Below are positions 58,860 through 64,000 of a DNA stretch of 64,000 nt, piece after piece. How positions within the stretch are numbered: the first letter of the stretch is position 1; every line of letters begins with the position of its first letter. Origin of the DNA: Oscillospiraceae bacterium (GTDB taxonomy: Bacteria > Bacillota > Clostridia > Oscillospirales > Oscillospiraceae). A program made the position numbers and the translations under genes. The stretch covers positions 8,771-72,770 of the forward strand of contig SVLT01000010.1 in the NCBI GenBank assembly GCA_015067845.1, in the 5' to 3' direction. Below the pieces are notes generated by a model, which worked only from the letters and a program-made list of their open reading frames with translations, made no database searches and had not been told where the DNA came from.

Positions 58860-59342
58860 TTACCCTTTCATTTTTCCGTGATCCAAAAAACCGGGGAAGG
58901 AGAGCTGCCGCAGGGCTTCGTACACCGTGATAGCTACAGCGTTGCTCAGATTCAGACTCCGGGTGTCCGGCAGCATGGGGATGCGGATGCATTCGTCATA
59001 ATGCTCTGCCAGAAAATCCTCCGGCAGACCCTTGGTCTCCTTACCGAAGAACAGATAGCAGTCCTCTGAAAAGGCGGCTTCTGCATAGCTTCTGGGCGCT
59101 TTCGTGGAAAGACACCACATCTGCCGGACATCGTTCCTGCTGAAAAAGTCGGCAAGGTTTTCGTAATCCAGCACCTGAACGTCCTTCCAGTAGTCCAGAC
59201 CGGCCCGACGGACGGCTTTTTCCGAAATATCAAAGCCCAGAGGGCGAATCAGATGCAGCCGACAGCCGGTGGCGGCGCAGGTACGGGCAATGTTGCCGCA
59301 GTTCTGGGGAATTTCAGGTTCCACCAGGACGATATTCAACAT
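58860..59342 (-). CDS. trmL: tRNA (cytidine(34)-2'-O)-methyltransferase
   Basis: PEIPQNCGN, RAGLDYW, FGKETKGL, RSLNLSN. Confidence 0.94.
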   Translation of the reverse strand: MLNIVLVEPEIPQNCGNIARTCAATGCRLHLIRPLGFDISEKAVRRAGLDYWKDVQVLDYENLADFFSRNDVRQMWCLSTKAPRSYAEAAFSEDCYLFFGKETKGLPEDFLAEHYDECIRIPMLPDTRSLNLSNAVAITVYEALRQLSFPGFLDHGKMKG

Positions 59343-59625
59343 TTCATCACCTCATAACCATGCTTCCCACTCTTTTTTAGCGTGCTAACCTATTGTATTC
59401 CAAACTTCCAATAAAATCAATCAAAAAATTGTAAAAAATACAAGTTTTCATAGTATTACCATAAAAAAAGACGGATTTGGCTTAAATTTGTGAAAAATAC
59501 GGAAAAATTTTTCCAGCGCGCCGATCTGTTGCAGGATATTCCGGCTTTTTTCGCAAGAATGATTGACTTTTTTTGTGTTTTGTGGAATAATGAAACAAAT
59601 ATTTTAGATAAGGGGATAGGAAAAA

Positions 59626-61398
59626 ATGACCCAATCCAGAACACATAATTGCGGCGAGCTGCGGCTCGCTGACGCAGGCAAGGAAGTCACCATTGTCGGC
59701 TGGCTGGAAAACACCCGGGAAGTCGGTTCCAACTTTGCTTTTTTGGTCCTGCGTGACTTTTACGGAACCACCCAGGTGGTGGTGGAGACTGAGGAAATGA
59801 TGAAGCTGGTCAAGCCCATCAACAAGGAGTCCACCATTTCCGTTACCGGCACCGTCCGGGAGCGCGAGAGCAAGAACCCTAAGCTGCCCACCGGTGAGAT
59901 CGAGGTGGTGCCCACTGCCATCGAAGTGCTGGGCAAGTGCCGCCACAATCAGCTGCCCTTTGAGATCAACAAATCCAAGGACGCGGACGAGAACACCCGT
60001 CTGAAATACCGCTATCTGGATCTGCGCAATCCTGCGGTGAAGAGCAATATCGTTCTGCGCTGTCAGGTGGTGGCGGAGCTGCGCCGGCTGATGACCGAAA
60101 AGGGCTTCCTGGAGATCACCACGCCCATTCTGACTGCATCTTCTCCCGAGGGCGCTCGTGACTACCTGGTTCCTGCCCGGAACCACCCCGGCAAGTTCTA
60201 CGCGTTGCCCCAGGCTCCCCAGCAGTTCAAGCAGTTGCTGATGACATCCGGCTTTGACCGCTATTTCCAGATCGCACCCTGCTTCCGGGACGAGGATGCC
60301 CGTGCAGACCGTACCCCCGGCGAGTTCTATCAGCTGGATATGGAAATGGCTTTCGCCACTCAAAATGATGTTCTGACCACTTTGGAAGAAGTGCTGGTGC
60401 CCGTGTTTGAGAAGTTCGGCAAGTACGACCGGATCTCCCAGGCTCCCTTCCGTCACATTCCTTTCAATGAAGCCATGGAGCGTTACGGCTCCGATAAGCC
60501 CGACCTGCGTATCGACCTGGAAGTGCAGGACATCACCGCAGAGGTACAAGGCTGCGAATTCGGCCCCTTCCAGAACAGCGTCGTCAAGGCTGTGGCGGTG
60601 GACAACTTCGCTGAGGGCCGCAAGTGGATCGACAAGCTGCTGGTGGATGTGGAAGTCCAGACCGGCAACAAGGCCTGCTGGATCAAGGTGGACGAGAACG
60701 GCCAGCTCACCGGCGGCGTTTCCAAGTTCCTGATTCCCTACACCGAGGCGCTGACTGCCAAGCTGAATCTGAAGCCCGGTTCTTTCGTGTGCATGGCTGC
60801 CGGCAAGAAGCTGGCCGCACAGAAGACTGCCGGTGTCATCCGTACCATGCTGGGTAAGCGTATCCCCGGTCACTTTGATGAAAATCAGTACGCCATTTGC
60901 TGGATCGTGGATTTCCCCATGTACGAGCTGGACGAGGAAACCGGCAAGGTGGAATTCTGCCACAATCCCTTCTCCATGCCCCAGGGCGGTATGAAGACCC
61001 TGATGGATGCCGAGGGCGACGTGGAGAAGCTGCTGGCCATCAATGCTGACCAGTATGACCTGGTGGTCAATGGCTATGAATCCGCATCCGGTGCGGTTCG
61101 TAACCACGATCCCGAGATCATGGTCAAGGCATTCCAGATGGTTGGCCTGGGCGAAGAGGATGTCAAGGCTAAGTTCCCGGCTATGTACAACGCCTTTACC
61201 TACGGTGCGCCCCCTCATGCCGGCGCGGCCCCCGGTGTTGACCGCCTGATCATGCTGCTCACCGGCGAGGAGAGCATCCGGGAAGTCATTACCTTCCCCA
61301 TGAACAAGAATGCGCAGGATCTCATGATGGATGCCCCCACCGCGGTGGATCAGATCCAGCTGGATACCGTGCATATCGCACTGAATGTAGAGCAATAA
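59626..61398 (+). CDS. aspS: Aspartate--tRNA ligase
   Basis: RTHNCG, YRYLDLR, PEGARDY, CFRDED, GAPPH. Confidence 0.96.
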   Translation: MTQSRTHNCGELRLADAGKEVTIVGWLENTREVGSNFAFLVLRDFYGTTQVVVETEEMMKLVKPINKESTISVTGTVRERESKNPKLPTGEIEVVPTAIEVLGKCRHNQLPFEINKSKDADENTRLKYRYLDLRNPAVKSNIVLRCQVVAELRRLMTEKGFLEITTPILTASSPEGARDYLVPARNHPGKFYALPQAPQQFKQLLMTSGFDRYFQIAPCFRDEDARADRTPGEFYQLDMEMAFATQNDVLTTLEEVLVPVFEKFGKYDRISQAPFRHIPFNEAMERYGSDKPDLRIDLEVQDITAEVQGCEFGPFQNSVVKAVAVDNFAEGRKWIDKLLVDVEVQTGNKACWIKVDENGQLTGGVSKFLIPYTEALTAKLNLKPGSFVCMAAGKKLAAQKTAGVIRTMLGKRIPGHFDENQYAICWIVDFPMYELDEETGKVEFCHNPFSMPQGGMKTLMDAEGDVEKLLAINADQYDLVVNGYESASGAVRNHDPEIMVKAFQMVGLGEEDVKAKFPAMYNAFTYGAPPHAGAAPGVDRLIMLLTGEESIREVITFPMNKNAQDLMMDAPTAVDQIQLDTVHIALNVEQ

Positions 61399-61403
61399 AG
61401 TTA

Positions 61404-61433
61404 AGCGGACAGGTTTCGACCTGTCCGCTTTTT
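61404..61433. terminator. Terminator after aspS
   Basis: AAGCGGACAGGT-ttcg-ACCTGTCCGCTT followed by a T run. Confidence 0.85.
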
Positions 61434-61434
61434 G

Positions 61435-62484
61435 TTAGTCTTCACATTCATGTATTTCTTCAATCTCACCGGTGTCCAAATTGTAGAAGTATCCCGCGCC
61501 CTTTGCTTCTTCTGTTGGCTTTCCGTAGAAGACGAGTTCTCTTTGTTCTTCCCAGGTGTCTGTGCACCCATCCTCAAACATAGCAGATTCTATGTAGTAT
61601 TGCTCCATGATGAAGTGATCCTCACCGGTGTTCAAATCCAGAATCATAAATTTCTTATTATCTGCTACAAACTGCAAAATCAGATCCTTTTGAATGGTGT
61701 AGGTATCGATCGTCATATCGCTGACATTGCCATGAGTAGATGTATAAACCAATTCATGTTCGGAGAAATTACCGATGGGTGTGCGATAGATCTTTGTGGG
61801 CTCGGATGCTTTTACAAAGTAAAGATGTGTATCACTATATTCATAATTAGCAACCGGCTCATCGCAAATGACAAAGACCTCCTTGGTGGCTTGTACAACC
61901 CAATACAAATGATCTACAGTTCCCTCGGAATATGTCCAATCCGGCATCAAAATAATGCTATTTGGCCCGTAGTATTTGAATGCCAATCCATCTGCTATGA
62001 CCGGCAATGGTGTTTCAGACAGCAGCTGGTGATTGCTAAAATCACCGATGGGTGTTACATAGATATTTGTCGGTTCGGCTTCTTTGATGAAGTAAACATG
62101 GGTATTGGTAGTCAGACAGTAGATCACCGGTTCTTCGCATATGGAAACATACACTTTGGTTGTCTTGTTAACCCAATATAAGTAGTCTATTTCCGCCTTG
62201 CTGGGGTACCAACCAGGAAGAACGTAACAACCATAACCCTCGAAAATAAACGCGAGGCCGCTGGGTTCATCATCAGGGGACGCTGCGGGTGCCGTTGAAG
62301 ATGGTACAGTAGTCGTAGAGGACGGTGCAGTGGTTGTGTAAATCGGTGGTGGGAGTACGGTCTTGCTGGAAGAAGGCGTACTTGCCAGCGTTTGGTCATT
62401 ATCCGGCAGCGCCTGACAGGCAGTCAGCAAGGACAGCAGCAAAACAACTGTTAACAAAGCAGACAGGAAACGGCACTTTTTCAT
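61435..62484 (-). CDS. Hypothetical lipoprotein with a Ser/Thr/Pro linker and an internal duplication
   Basis: LTAC lipobox; two ~85-aa repeats (LYWV..TK..IC.EPV..TH.YF.K..EPT.IY.TPIG.FS.H.L). Confidence 0.75.
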   Translation of the reverse strand: MKKCRFLSALLTVVLLLSLLTACQALPDNDQTLASTPSSSKTVLPPPIYTTTAPSSTTTVPSSTAPAASPDDEPSGLAFIFEGYGCYVLPGWYPSKAEIDYLYWVNKTTKVYVSICEEPVIYCLTTNTHVYFIKEAEPTNIYVTPIGDFSNHQLLSETPLPVIADGLAFKYYGPNSIILMPDWTYSEGTVDHLYWVVQATKEVFVICDEPVANYEYSDTHLYFVKASEPTKIYRTPIGNFSEHELVYTSTHGNVSDMTIDTYTIQKDLILQFVADNKKFMILDLNTGEDHFIMEQYYIESAMFEDGCTDTWEEQRELVFYGKPTEEAKGAGYFYNLDTGEIEEIHECED

Positions 62485-62653
62485 AGAATCACAACCTTTC
62501 TCTAAAACCAGATCAACATCTTACCTCCGCTTACATTATAAACTGAAAAATTTCATTATACAACTACAATTCGGTTACAATTTAGATACAAAACGGTAAC
62601 AAAAAAGAGGGGCGGCCAAGCCGCCCCAACAAAGAGGAAAGATAAGAAACTTT

Positions 62654-63304
62654 TTATTCCATTTCCAGGAACAGCACCGGATTGATGGGCTCCCCGTTCA
62701 AGGTGACGGAGAAATGCAGGTGGTCGCCCTGGGCAGTTTCCAGCAGAGCCGTATTGGCAACGGTGCCAATGGCATCGCCCATTTCTACGGTGTCACCCAC
62801 CTTGACGGAAACGGCTTCTGCAAGGCTTGCATACCGGGTGGCATAGCCGCCCTCATGCTGAATGACTACGGTATAGCCCATGGTATCGTCCTTGAACACG
62901 TCCTTTACCGTGCCGGCAGCGGCGGCAGTGACCGTCGTACCGGCTTCGGCGGCAATGTCAATGCCGTTGTGGACACGCCAGTCCCGGGTGGTCTCGTTAT
63001 AGCTCAGGCAATCCATGGCGTAATCCTTGGTGGTTTCCCCGGAAACGGGCCGTCCGATGGGGTAGGGGCGTTTTGCGGGGTTGGTGGAATTGCCCCCGGA
63101 ACTATCCCCCGGCAGGGTAGCGCCTGCCTGCACATCCTCTCCGGGAGAGACGATGTTGGAGCCCCCCAACTGGGGGTCTTCCGTCTGACTGACTGCGCGG
63201 TAATACAAATAGCCGGAAATCCCGATGGCAACAGCACACAGGATCAGGGCTATGTAGTAGCCCTTTCCGGCGATCTTGCGGCCGAAGTTGAATTTTTTGC
63301 TCAT
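62654..63304 (-). CDS. M23 family peptidase, SpoIIQ-like
   Basis: N-terminal TM, HNGID and HLH motifs; sigF-type promoter upstream. Confidence 0.8.
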   Translation of the reverse strand: MSKKFNFGRKIAGKGYYIALILCAVAIGISGYLYYRAVSQTEDPQLGGSNIVSPGEDVQAGATLPGDSSGGNSTNPAKRPYPIGRPVSGETTKDYAMDCLSYNETTRDWRVHNGIDIAAEAGTTVTAAAAGTVKDVFKDDTMGYTVVIQHEGGYATRYASLAEAVSVKVGDTVEMGDAIGTVANTALLETAQGDHLHFSVTLNGEPINPVLFLEME

Positions 63305-63323
63305 AGTAAGCACCTCCGAAGCC

Positions 63324-63352
63324 TAGTATTGCCCAAAATCCGGAAGATAAAC
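63324..63352 (-). promoter_or_regulatory. sigmaF-type forespore promoter
   Basis: GTTTA-14bp-GGCAATACTA. Confidence 0.6.
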
Positions 63353-63478
63353 CTACATTTGGAAGAAAATCAGAAATTTCTTTTTCCGCGCTTAAAAAAT
63401 CATTGACTTCCGCAAAATTTAATATATAGTTATACTTGTCATATTGTGACAAAAAACAGACAGAAACGGGGGAGGATA

Positions 63479-64000
63479 ATGTCCAAAGAACTCATCAGGC
63501 TCCGGGATCTTACCATGGAGTTCGACGGGGAATGTGTACTCGACAGCATCAATCTCTATATTAACGATCATGAATTTTTAACCTTGCTTGGCCCTTCCGG
63601 CTGCGGCAAGACCACCACACTGCGTATTATCGGCGGTTTTCTGACGCCTACAAGCGGCACGGTGATCTTTGACGGAAAGTGCATCAACGATCTGCCCCCT
63701 TACGACCGGCAGATCAATACGGTTTTTCAGAGGTATGCGTTGTTCCCCCATCTGAATGTATTTGATAATATCGCATTCGGTCTGCGGGTGGCCAAGCTGC
63801 CCAAAGAGGAGATCAATGAACGTGTAAACAATATGCTGGAGATCGTCAGCCTGAAAGGCTACGGCCACCGCAATGTGGCATCCCTTTCCGGCGGTCAGCA
63901 GCAGCGTGTTGCCATCGCCCGGGCGCTGGTCAACGAGCCTAAGGTTCTGCTTCTGGACGAACCTCTGGCGGCGTTGGATCTGCGTCTGCGCAAGGATATG
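63479..64000 (+). CDS. potA: Spermidine/putrescine ABC transporter ATP-binding protein (partial)
   Basis: Not in the ORF track; hand-translated [51 protein letters not shown]; GGAGG RBS. Confidence 0.88.
   Translation, partial: MSKELIRLRDLTMEFDGECVLDSINLYINDHEFLTLLGPSGCGKTTTLRIIGGFLTPTSGTVIFDGKCINDLPPYDRQINTVFQRYALFPHLNVFDNIAFGLRVAKLPKEEINERVNNMLEIVSLKGYGHRNVASLSGGQQQRVAIARALVNEPKVLLLDEPLAALDLRLRKDM

Noticed and set aside
59343-59625. T-box upstream of aspS (and upstream of asnS at 26454-26699)
   Set aside because: No T-box consensus or terminator; only AT-rich promoter DNA (REP DNA in the asnS case)
63436-63452. Rex box upstream of potA
   Set aside because: The arms and length (TTGTCA-N5-TGACAA) do not fit TTGTGAA-N4-TTCACAA

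Overview
Chromosomal window from a spore-forming Clostridia-type bacterium, probably Oscillospiraceae-like (inferred from gene content, the T-box and sigF/sigK-type promoters). Housekeeping backbone: T-box-cysS-polA-rimI-tsaD, asnS, recD2-comF-mreB, a complete F1Fo atp operon whose c-subunit carries a Na+-type motif, tRNA-Gln and tRNA-Lys, rodA, sua5-coaE, pgk-tpiA, trmL, aspS and a partial potA. No CRISPR array, integrase, transposase or rRNA is visible. The most notable accessory features are: (1) a ~10 kb unassigned amino-sugar catabolic cluster (two ceramidase-like amidohydrolases, a second archaeal-type TIM, YjbQ, NagA, a divergent NagB, SIS, DeoR); (2) two XRE-regulator / zinc-ribbon-protein modules with operator palindromes; (3) four copies of a structured inverted-repeat element, two of which share a scaffold with equal-length variable windows; (4) three GTAG-type REP loci; (5) a 163-bp tRNA-Lys-anchored mini-element; (6) an orphan DnaA-box/Spo0A-box cluster. 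All product calls come from motif recognition by eye; no database search was run.
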